From: Takakia lepidozioides
Lineage: Eukaryota; Plantae; Bryophyta
Reading direction: 5' to 3'
DNA length: 64,000 nt
Assembly: GCA_030704615.1 (NCBI GenBank)
Contig: CM060732.1
Location: 47,802,001 to 47,866,000, forward strand
Shown: positions 38,447 through 60,179 of the stretch, in pieces
Layout: every line of letters starts with the position of its first letter
Position numbering within the stretch: position 1 is the first letter of the stretch
Notes under the pieces: model-generated
The model's database searches: none
Seen by the model: only the letters and a program-made list of their open reading frames with translations
Told to the model about the DNA's origin: nothing
Position numbers and translations under genes: made by a program

Positions 38447-39010
38447 GCCACGAGGTGCAGAGGTGGAGTTGGATCCACAGCGTGGGGAGGCAAGCCGTCA
38501 GGCTAGGCTCCTCAGTCATTCACATTGGCGGAGACAGTGTCGACGCCATCCATGGCACCTAGTTTCGCCCGACTGTTACCGAGGCGGAGGTTACTATGCC
38601 ATTGGGGAGAGCTACACGGGTAGCACCACTACCTAGTGTTGCCAAGGCTACGGCAGCTAGTGTGCTGCTGGGAGTGGCCACATCTGTGTGTCAGGCTCAT
38701 TGTTCTCGGCTACCATGATTGCGACGCCGGGGTAAGACCAGCTGAGGTGTTCAGGCTGGCAGCTACACTCTGTGAGAGTGGGGAGGTTACTTCATCTTCT
38801 GCGGAGATAGTGGGAGGGTGTAGTGCCGGAGGGATCCTCGGATTTGAGGGTCAAGACTGCCACGGCGGCGCCATGGCAAGCTGCAGCTGCCAGGTTGGAG
38901 CTGCCAGCTAGGCCAGCCATTGAACGCGCCATGGTGACACCTGGAGTTGTCATGTTAGACAACCAGGATGGCATTTTCTGTTTGAGTGGACCGCAGGCAA
39001 GAGGGGGCCA

Positions 39011-39300
39011 CTGCGGGTCTTGTTGGACTCGGGAGCTCAGCCATTGATGCTGGGCAGAGCTGCTATTGCAGGCTTGGGCCTCACGGAGGCGGATATGGAG
39101 CCTTGTCCTTTCCAGATACAGACATCTCTGGAGGATCGGAGAGCAGGCATGGACACGACGTGAGTTGGCTATCAGACTACGGCCGGATCACCCTACAGAT
39201 GGCTCAGTGATGCGAGCCAAGGCCATTGTGACAGACGCGGTCTCGTACGATGTCCTGGTTGGTGGGGCAATGTTGTACCCATGGGCTTCACCCTGGATTT
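39011..39300 (+). pseudogene. Retroviral-type aspartic protease
   Basis: LRVLLDSGAQPLMLG (DSG at 39025-39033) and downstream YDVLVGG. Confidence 0.85.
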
Positions 39301-39687
39301 TGGGGGAGGAGTCAGCTTCCTATAGGCCTGGATGGCAGTCAGGGGAGGGCCGGCGTGTGCAGCTCCCTGTGACGTTCATAGGAGGAGTTGCGGTTGCCCA
39401 GCGGGCAAGATGCCGACACTAGCAGCATTCACAGCTGCAGTGACTTGGCCTGGAGAGAAACGCTCATTCAGAGGATGACACCTCCGGAACGGATGACATG
39501 TATGGTATGGCGGAGTTGCCTGCCATGGTTGCTCAGACTCCATTGTGGGGCACGAGCAAGGATTTGCACGGGTTGCTGATCGACGGGTGCAACAAGCCTG
39601 GGTGGAGGCTTTTGTACCATCAAGAGAGGAGAGAGTGCGGGGATTGCACCAGGACCACCTCAGTTGTCTCCATTGGACACCACACCT

Positions 39688-40690
39688 ATTGTGTGGCAGT
39701 ATCCGGATGAAGGCATTTGTCTTCTGGATTTGTTTGGCGGGATCAACACCGGATTGGCTGCTGTGTTACAGGCAGTGTACGAGTTCGGCGTTACCTATAT
39801 GTGGAGAGGGATGAGACTGCACAACGCGTTTCACTTTGCCATGTTGCTCAGTTGGTGCAGCGGTACCCTGAGTTGTTGCCGGTGTCTGCAGTTCGTGGAT
39901 ATCAGCAGGCCTTGCCAGCAGACATTTCGTTGCTGGGGGCGCAAGATTTGGAGCGGGTTGGCTCCATTGATCTGGTAGTGGCAGGTTGGCCCTGCCAAGG
40001 GCATTCATCAGCCGGGCATGGCAATGGATTGCGAGACTCGAGGTCGGGTCTGTTTTGGGAGATGGTGCGGGTTTTGCGCCACTTGCAGCTTCATCAAGCT
40101 GTATCTCCAGCATACATCTTGGAGAATGTGCCACTGATGGGCGATTCTCGGGCCAGGATGATGGCCAGTGTGCATCAAGTCCGGTCGTGGCTTGGGTCAG
40201 CAGTTGTTTAGATGCAGCTATAGTGGGGTCACGGGCTCATCGTCCACGGCTATGGTGGACTAACTTGATGCCACCCGCATTGCTCAAGCGTGCATTTGAT
40301 GGGGTGCAGCGGCCAGCACACCTCACAGTGGATAGCATTTTGGACACAGGGAGGCAGTCTCAGCGTGTGAGACACGATGACCGTTCGCCTTTGGCAGTGG
40401 TCAACAAGGTGGTCAACCACGAGCAACATTACCTACACTGCTCAGCTTCCCAGGATCGCATGCTTTCCGGGATTGTGGACTGGCTCCTGTGGGATGCTCA
40501 GTTGCAGCAGTTAGTGGAGCTAATGCTGACGAGCATGAGGGGGAACGGGTTTTACCACTGGTACCACGGCGGGTGCCGTCTCTTTTCTGAGGCAGCACGT
40601 CGTCAGGTGTTGGGGCAAGCAATGGATCTCAATTGCTTGACCTGCATTATCAGCTTGGCTATGGCTGAGCAACGCAGAGTGCGGGAGTGC
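39688..40690 (+). pseudogene. C5 cytosine DNA methyltransferase domain (DNMT3-like), copy 2
   Basis: LLDLFGGINTG, YVERDE, DLVVAGWPCQG (PCQ 39990-39998), YILENV, AHRPRLWWTNL, RRQVLGQAMDLN, spread over several frameshifts. Confidence 0.93.
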
Positions 40691-41009
40691 ACTTCCCTCG
40701 CTGTCTCTCTGCCTACCGAGACGGTACAGGCAGTGAGTGGGGGCGAGCATGTGAGGACGGGGTAGGCATCCATGGCACACGTGGGAGGTGCTCGAGGTTC
40801 AGAGGGAGTTGGCAGCCAAGGTGCGGTGATGGATGAGGTGGGGATTTTTCTCGGTTGAGGACGTCCTCGAGGATGAGATGATGGGGCAAGATGAGGCCTT
40901 GTCATTGACTGAGTAGGTAGGGAGTACTGCTCAAGAGGTTGCAACATAGCAACCACTGGATGCGTCCTCTATCTCTAAGCCCAGTGGACTTAAGGTTGTA
41001 GTTACGGAG

Positions 41010-41250
41010 GACAGTTGGGAGCCTGACATTGGATCCATTGTCACCGGAGGAAAGAGACGACATATACGGTGGTTCCTGAGGGCTTACAGGAATTGTTTTG
41101 CCTTCAGTTTGAAGGACTTGGGAGCACTGAAGGGTCAAGAGATCCATATTGAGTTGGTCACTGACACGCTAATCTTTCGGAGACCCTATAGATACAGTGA
41201 CATGAAGAGTCTTTGATTCAGATGAGGACTCAAGATCTCTGGGAGGTTAG
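41010..41250 (+). pseudogene. N-terminal remnant of Gypsy-type reverse transcriptase
   Basis: FLRAYRNCFAFSLKDLGALKGQEIHIELVTDTLIFRRPYRYS is the typical pre-RT segment. No YxDD or RNase H follows. Confidence 0.75.
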
Positions 41251-41259
41251 GTTGGACCT

Positions 41260-42767
41260 ACAACAGGGATGACTGTAGACGGAGTGTCTGAGGACCCTGA
41301 GGCTAGTGATGAGCCAGGTGGTACCAGAGATATACATGAGGATTCGGCTGTGTTGGACTACCTCCGTACTGGAGACATGGCAGCCACTGTGACTGCCAAG
41401 GAGAGGGATCGGATCCTGCAACGAGCCAAGAGGTTCAAATGGGAGGGGATACACCTGCTCCGAGTATGGGAGGATGGTCGGGTGAGGATTGTGCCTCACC
41501 CCACACAGCGTGCACGGTTAGTGCGGCATGCCCATGAGGAGTTGGGGCATTTGGAGTGCGACGCACTCACAGTTTACTGCAGGGGCAGTATTGGTGGCGT
41601 GGTATGTATATACAGAGGTGCAACAGTTCGTGGCTAGGTGCATGGTGTGTGACAGGGTGCGTGCTTAATTCAACGCCCCTACACCACAGTTGCATCCTTT
41701 ACCAATCATGGGATTGGGCTACAGGTGGAGTCTTGACTTTGCAGGACTGTTGCCACTAACTATGCGCCACCACAGATATGTGTTGGTGATGGTGGAGCAC
41801 TTCTCCAAGTGGATTGAGTTGGTTCCATTGCCTGACAAGGCTAGTGAGGGGGCTGCGTATGCATTCTTGGATCATGTGCTTAGCCGATTCGGTGCTCCAG
41901 CTGAGGTACTCACGGACCAAGGGAGAGAGTTCTTGGGGGAGTTTCAGGCTTTGTGTGATAAAGCCTTGATAGACCACCGCACCACTTCTCGGGATCATCC
42001 TGAGGCCGATGGCTTGGCAGAGAGAGTTGTTCAGACGGTGAAGAGGGGGTTGCGCAAGTATGACTTGCAGAAATGACACCTAGGAGATTGGGATCTTCAG
42101 GTGCCTTGGTTAGCCATGGGCTGCAGGTTCAGCAAACAAGCATCATTTGCATCTTTCTCACCATATTTCCTTATCTTTGGCCGAGAGCCGGATTTACCTG
42201 CAGCCATTCGTAGGGACACTGCTCAAGTCCTTAACCTTGATGATCCGGACGTGTGGGTACGTGCATGTGATCAGCGTGCAGAGTTGTTCAAGAAAGTCAT
42301 GCCCATGGCTTTTGAGAACCTTGTCATTGCACAACACCGTGATACGTTGAGGTATGCCACTATACGTGGTGGAGGATATCTTCATGGGGTTCGGAGGTTT
42401 AGCCCTGGTGACTATGTTTATTTGGAGCAGACTGCTCCTACGACCCTGGATGTCACTGCAGGGCGTGTTATTCTGAGGGTTCGAGAGGTGTTGCCTTCAG
42501 GAGTCCTGATCTTGGAGGCTCGGGATGGCATGACTTGGAAGGACCATGTGCGTAATTGTGTGTCATGTCACCTTCAATGGCAGAGTTGACCTAAACTTGG
42601 CAGTGGTACCTGCAGGTTTGAGGTGCATGCTCTGTGGGTCTGCCAAAGGGGCAGCCACCATGCTGATGTGTGATCGATGCTCAAGAGGTTGGCATATGGG
42701 ATGCTTGACACCACCTCTTGAGAAGGTTCCTGGTGGAGATTGGTTGTGTCCACACTGCTTGGGATAG
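41260..42767 (+). pseudogene. DDE integrase (HHCC finger, catalytic core) with C-terminal PHD finger
   Basis: HAHEELGH..YWWRGM..CMVC; WSLDFAG, VLTDQGREF, HPEADGLAERVVQT; SPYFLIFGRE; PHD CMLCG..MLMCDRCSRGWHMGCLTPPLEKVPGGDWLCPHC. Frameshifts and one stop. Confidence 0.93.
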
Positions 42768-43027
42768 TGGCAGTGGACATGACTGGAGGCAGCTAACAAG
42801 ACATGAGAGGCCAAGCTCATAGGAGTCAATACACGAGATCCCAAGCTCAAGTTCACAGGTTGCAAGACGGCGATTAACGATGGGGCAACTCTTGCACCCG
42901 GCCTCTTGATCTATCGAGTTTGAGTGTAGTAGGGACAGTGGTGGAGGACTTAGTGAGGCTATGGTAACTATCACATCTTGTGGCTACTTGAACTTAGAGG
43001 GACCTAAGCACCAGCTAGGGGGGCGAT

Positions 43028-43723
43028 TGTATGGACTAGTGACTGCCATAGTGGGCAACATAGTGGCAGCCTAGTGACTGACTAGTTGTAGCCTAGTGGC
43101 TGGACTAGTGGTGGACTAGTGGTATACTAGTGTGTGGTGTGCACATGTGTTGTGTGGTTTATGACAACGATGTAGTTGTGTAGCGATATGTATGCGCACG
43201 ACAACTGTCAAGTTATTTTTACCACTAGTGTGAAACTAGCTAGGAAATAGCTAGCTTTTACATATTGATATTTGGGATTGGCCCAAGTTTCAATCCAGGG
43301 GTCAAGGCAGATTTAGGCCCTGGAGTGGTTATCTTCACGGCAAGCGCGGGAAGCTCATCTTTCTCGAGTTCAGCCTCACCACGCCTAGCTATGGTGTCGT
43401 AGTGTGGATTCCCCATGGCGTGGGGTGCACTTGGCTTGACTTGTATTTGAGTGATGAGTTTATATATGCATGAGTTTATGCTTCAGCTTTGTGAGCTCGC
43501 ATGAGCTTGTGCTTGTATTCTTCTTCTTTATCTATTGTGTGGACTAGTGACTGCCATAGTGGGCAGCATAGTGGCAGCCTAGTAACTGACTAGTTGTAGC
43601 CGAGTGGTTGGACTAGTGGCTGGACTAGTGGTGGACTAGTGGTATACTAGTGTGTGGTGTGCACATGTGTTGTGTGGTTTTGGACAGCGATGTAGTTGTG
43701 TAGCGATATGTATGCGCACGACA
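43028..43723 (+). repeat. Right-end repeat block B1 (43028-43203) - ac - A2 (43206-43532) - tat - B2 (43536-43723)
   Basis: B1 and B2 both run TGT(a/g)TGGACTAGT...GCGCACGACA. B2 has one extra 12-nt unit. Confidence 0.95.
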
Positions 43724-44399
43724 ATTTATTGAACACGGAAAATATATTCATGATCAAGGTTTTTAACTACTTCCCTGGAAGAAAGCACACCAAGCATAAG
43801 TGTGTTTTCTCTGTTGATGGAGGCAGTTTCCATGTCATTTTTTTAAGATCTTGGCTTGAGATATTATTTAAAAATCTTCTTTCATTGTGATATTGTTTCC
43901 ATTACCAAACCACGATCGTGGATTCTATCCACTCATGGTTTCCCTTCTGATTAGGAATAGTTTCATTATCCATTGTGTGAAAGAGCAAAAAATGAACATG
44001 TAAGTGGGTCAAAGAATCAAATCTTACTTGCTTGATTCTCGATTGTTTGAGAGTGCTTCAGTGTGTAGAAGAGAGCCGCAATCTGCACCCATCAATCAAT
44101 CTAAAGCTTAATAAAGCATGAATAATCGCATCAAACTTACAATGCACGCCTCAAGCATACAACTCATCTCCAAAAAAAACTCCATGCTCAAGCGAGCGAG
44201 CGAGCCGTCGCTCTAAATTCCTAAACCCTAAACCCTTGAATCTTCATCCTAAAATTTGGACCATTGACCACCCAAAGATCTAAAGTGACCATAGACCATG
44301 GCTGGACGCATGGGACATGACAAGGCATAAGACATGGTGCATTGATGATCATGGAGCAAGGTGGGCATGGCTATTGAGGGTCATGGCGGCTCATGGCTA

Positions 44400-44859
44400 T
44401 TAGAGGATGTTACAACTTATGTACTTATATCCCATATCTACGCTGCAACAAAGGTGCGAAAATGATGAAGGTCAGAGGTGTCCGAAAGGAGCAACGTTGC
44501 AGCTGCACTGAGATGAAAACAGATCCACGAACTAGGGAAATATACGCTGAGCTGGAAAGATTGTTTGGGCACATGAAGGCGGCTGGGTATGTGCTTCGCA
44601 CATGCTTATATTGCATGATGGGGAGAAGGAACATGAGTTGTCTCTTTGCCACCACAGTGAGAAGCTGGCCATTGCTTTTGATCTCATCAACACTCCTCTT
44701 GGCACACATCTCCATGTCATCAAGACCTTTCGTGTCTGGTGTGACTGCCACACGGCCAGTAACTTTATGTCAAAGATTTTGGACACAATCGCTGTATGGG
44801 ATGGCAACCGCTCTCAACACTTTCAAGATGCAGTTAGCCAACATACGGAGAAAACCTGA
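44400..44859 (+). pseudogene. E/E+/DYW deaminase region of a PPR pseudogene (probably the continuation of 31370-32902)
   Basis: MMKVRGVRKEQRCS, DPRTREIYAELERL..MKAAGYV, HHSEKLAIAF, VIKTFRVWCDCHTA, DGNRSQHFQD. Frameshifted, and lacks the terminal DYW. Confidence 0.88.
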
Positions 44860-45254
44860 GTGTGCAAACTTGATGTATCTATATTCAAACAACATTCGGT
44901 ACTACACTCAGAAGACACTTTTTCAAGGAATAGTAGGCATCCCGAAAAATCTGAACTTCCATACATGAGTCCTCTACCTGTTGGAGGACTCACCACTTTT
45001 GATGTGAATATAAATTTCTGCACAAATGCTGAGGGAATACATCTCAAAATGGACATCAAGATCCGATTTTCATCCTCAGTCAAGGATAGAATAATGATCC
45101 TCCCTAAATTTCATTCTCACTGAAGAGAGCTAGAAGTCCACAACTAGGTTGTTGTCCTAAATTCTGTCATGTAATTTCCAATCCCTAACTAGTATGTGCA
45201 AAAAATCAATTGATTCAGCCAAGCGAGAATTTCAACACCTGGCAGGCAGTCTAA

Positions 45255-45628
45255 GGGCCGCTTTACACTAGGGCCCAAGCCCAAGACCAAGTGAGAATGG
45301 AGCATTCCCATTGGCGGAGGCCTGAAAATTGGGCCCAACTGCTTTACACTACGGCCCAAGCCCAAGAAAATGGAAGTGGGTCATTTGCCTACATGACACC
45401 TACATGGCACAAGTTTTGGCGCCAACTTCTTGGGCCAGACCAAGAAAAAGGAACCCTCCTACAATGGAGACCCAACTCTCAACTCTTGGGCCCAAGAAGT
45501 TTGGTATCTATTTTCGTGCGATCATGACTGTTTGATCATGATCGTTGAAATTGGCCCAAGACCAGCCCAAGAGTGGTAGAAATTGGGCTCAGGATTTCTT
45601 GGGCTTGGGCCCTAGTGTAAAGCGGCCC
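45255..45628. mobile_element. PIF/Harbinger (Tourist-like) MITE
   Basis: TIR gggccgctttacactagggcccaagcccaaga / tcttgggcttgggccctagtgtaaagcggccc with TAA TSD (45252-45254, 45629-45631). Confidence 0.92.
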
Positions 45629-46596
45629 TAATTGTCATTTACTCCAATGCATATATATGATGGTGGCCAGAATGGAAGCCAAATAGTTTACTGACAAATG
45701 CCTCCTTGGAATGATCAGTTTCTAGCTCCTCTCGCCTCTCTTACTTGGATTAGCAAACTTGCATCATTAAATGTTAAAATCTTTAATGGAAAAGGTAACT
45801 ATTTCATTGTATCAATATTGCCATCCAGGATGGTTTCACCATTCAATATTCTCCGTACATAGAGCTTTCTCATTTGACACCAGCCGAAGCCAAAATGATG
45901 ACATGTCTCATGCACCCACCCTGAGGGACTCCATAGAAGTCAAGAGGTCATCAAGAGAGCAGATTCACAAACAATAGAAGTGGCTTCAACCCCTCTTTCA
46001 ATATGTCGTTCAAAAAATTCCTACTTCAGACCGCAGGAACAACACAGGGATGAAGCCTACAAACACCTTCACCTTTGTAAACCTCTACCCAACTAGTGAA
46101 AGGACACTAGACTCATAAGAAAGATTGATGATTTGTCGCATAACAGAGCTCAGATGCAGTCCTCCAGGCCTTCACTAGGGGGAATTTAGAAGATCTCCCA
46201 TGCCACTAACCTGTTTGGGAGGTGAGCTGAGAAGCAAGCACTTTCTAACCAGTGCAATCTGATAAATCCCTCTGAAATCAGTTACCCCATTTGATATGGC
46301 CATCTAGGTATGTGAAATTAAGCCAGCCACGGTGTACTGCCAACCCAGTGGTTCAGGTAGACAGGTAGAAAAATTGCAACATGTTGGTTTAAAGAGGTAT
46401 CCATTTCAGACCTTGCAAAAATGTCTCCGAAGAGATTGCAGAATAATTTGAGACAAAAACCAATGTGTTAATCTAGTGTGATGACCCCAGCCCACTCCCT
46501 TGGCATTGACAGTTATAAGGCAAGAGAAATTTTGGTCTGAAAAAATTCGAAGACGAAAGCCATAAACAGGGCAAGGGGATTCTCTACCAATAGTCA

Positions 46597-58110
<11,514 letters not shown>

Positions 58111-60179
58111 TGTCCACAACCCCCACAGCTTACACCACAGCTATTGCTACTACCCGTGGCCCTCCATCGCAAACTTCCGCCCCACACCCTCCTCCTCCAC
58201 ACCTCATTCCTTCTCACTCTACTTCACCGTCCCTCTCCACATGGGAAGAGAGGGACAAAAAACCCACAAACCTGCATCCACGTATTTTTGCACCCACAAA
58301 AGCCTCTGCTCCAAGCATGGTTGCATAGCCGGCTCTGGATTGTTGTAGAGCCAGGCAGGGCTGTGCATCCTCCATCTCCCGTGTCTGTGCAGCCCTCCCT
58401 GCACCCAAGTAACTACCCTCGCTATACTACCGTACCCAGTGCAACCTAGGGGGAAAACTATATTATTTTAGGGGTCCCGAAGCTCTCAATAATTTCCTCA
58501 CTTGCACTTATTTTCTCTCCCTCCCACAATTCACAACAAACATCAAATGGAAACCGCTCAACTCCCACCCCGAATTCCAGTCCCTATTGTAGCCCAGACT
58601 AGACTCTCTCTCCTGCTACCTGCAGGAGAGTTGTAGTGCAAAAGTATCTGTGGGCGGGTAGTTGCTTCACTAAAGACTACATAGCATCAAGATCGTCACT
58701 GACACCTGAGCACGAAAACCAAGAAACACGCTAGCACACATTTCATCATATACCTACACCCCAGAATACCTTTTCACTTTACTTGTACACTCATACCACT
58801 CATAGGTAGGTAGGTAGGAGGGTACTTGCAAGGCCAATACCCAGTACTGTGCCCACTGGTTCACAAGAGCTCCTACAGGATACCTAGTCTAGAATAGTTT
58901 GATTTCTTTTTGTTGATATAGCTCTATAGCTCTTATAGCTCTATGAGATTTTGCTTCTCCTCTCTTGGGGGACAGTTTTACCCATTTGTACAGTCACCCC
59001 ACTTGGGTCTTTTTATAAAACTATGCCGCTCTATCAATCTCGGCCTCAATTTCTAACAGCACATTTGACAATTTCCTATATATATATATATCGACTTATT
59101 GACATAACTTGAAGTGTCATACTAACTACTCAGAGAGGGCTCCTCTTCTCGCATTTTTTTTGGTCAGAAACACTTGCCCATCGTTAATATAGAGAAAGTT
59201 GAGTCTACACCAATGCAATTTGGCCCCATGTATGAGTCACTCCCCTTCAAAATTTGAGAGTTCATGTGACCTATGACAAATGATATGAAACCAGTAATAG
59301 GAGCACCCATTTTCACACCATGTCACACAAACAAAACAAAACCATGTTGCTGTCTGCCTAGGTAGTAGCCCTTTGGGCTGAATCCCTTATGCTTGCATTG
59401 GTAAGTTAGAGCCAACCTCCTCCTCTTTTGATTGATTTTTTAACATGAAATTGGCAATTTGAGAACAAAGTGATGACATCAAGCCATGAATTCAAGTCGC
59501 ATATAACCTATTTGGTATAGATATTAGCATCTTCAAGTTCCTCTATCCCCTGTTTTTTTTTGTTTTTCTAATTAACTGACCCAGCCAACATAACTAAGAG
59601 TCACTTTGTTTCGCGGAATCCAGGGGTTATGTTTGCAAACAAGCGGCTAGTCGCGTATGGCTCCTCTTTGTGAACAGCGAGATCTACTTTCATCCATAAT
59701 AAACTTTAAAATTCATCCATTTATTCTTCGTACAGTGTTCAATAAGAAAGATGTTACCTGAGGGAGGTGTTACTTGGATGCACTTCATGAAGAAGTTTGC
59801 AACAAAGGAGAGGAGGTGACACCTAGGGAAGGCGCAACAAGGACTTAGCGATTTTTGACACTGATGTGTAGTCTCCTCTTTAGAATAAAGAGGAGCCAAC
59901 AAACATACAAGTCGTATGGTATTAATGAATCAATAGGGTCACTCACATGGTATGTATTTACTTACTTGAACAAGCCGCAAACAACGAGAGGCTCAGTACA
60001 TTGAAGCAACAATTTTGACAAGTTGCCACCTGGTTTACACTTTAAAGAGCTTGTTTAGACCAATCATACTCTTGACATGGTGTAAGGTCTGTTGACCACA
60101 TTTTCTCCATTGACTTCAACATCTCTGCCCTGAAGGGACAGAGCCAACAAATAAAAATAATATTTTTCCAGGCTTTTGA

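Larger units (their letters stand above)
33823..43723 (+). mobile_element. Ty3/Gypsy-like retroelement with DNMT and PHD domains and split terminal repeats; RT/RNase H deleted
   Basis: TGTC...GACA ends and ATTT direct repeat on both flanks (33819-33822, 43724-43727). Domain order: gag, Zn knuckles, protease, DNMT, RT remnant, integrase, PHD. PPT-like purine tract at about 43014-43025. Confidence 0.95.
32903..44158. mobile_element. Long-inverted-repeat (about 390 bp arms) non-autonomous element hosting the nested retroelement
   Basis: 32903-33289 is the reverse complement of 43773-44158. The interior has degenerate repeats of about 80 bp (ttcatgatcaaggttt...) on both sides of the retroelement. 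No TSD recognised. Confidence 0.8.

Noticed and set aside
33823-43723. Classification as a DIRS/Ngaro element because of split repeats and a methyltransferase
   Set aside because: No tyrosine recombinase is visible. The element has an aspartic protease, an HHCC-DDE integrase and a TSD, and its MTase is C5-cytosine type rather than the adenine type of DIRS.
44219-44235. Telomere-like cctaaaccctaaaccct
   Set aside because: Only about two units, which is a common interstitial telo-box.
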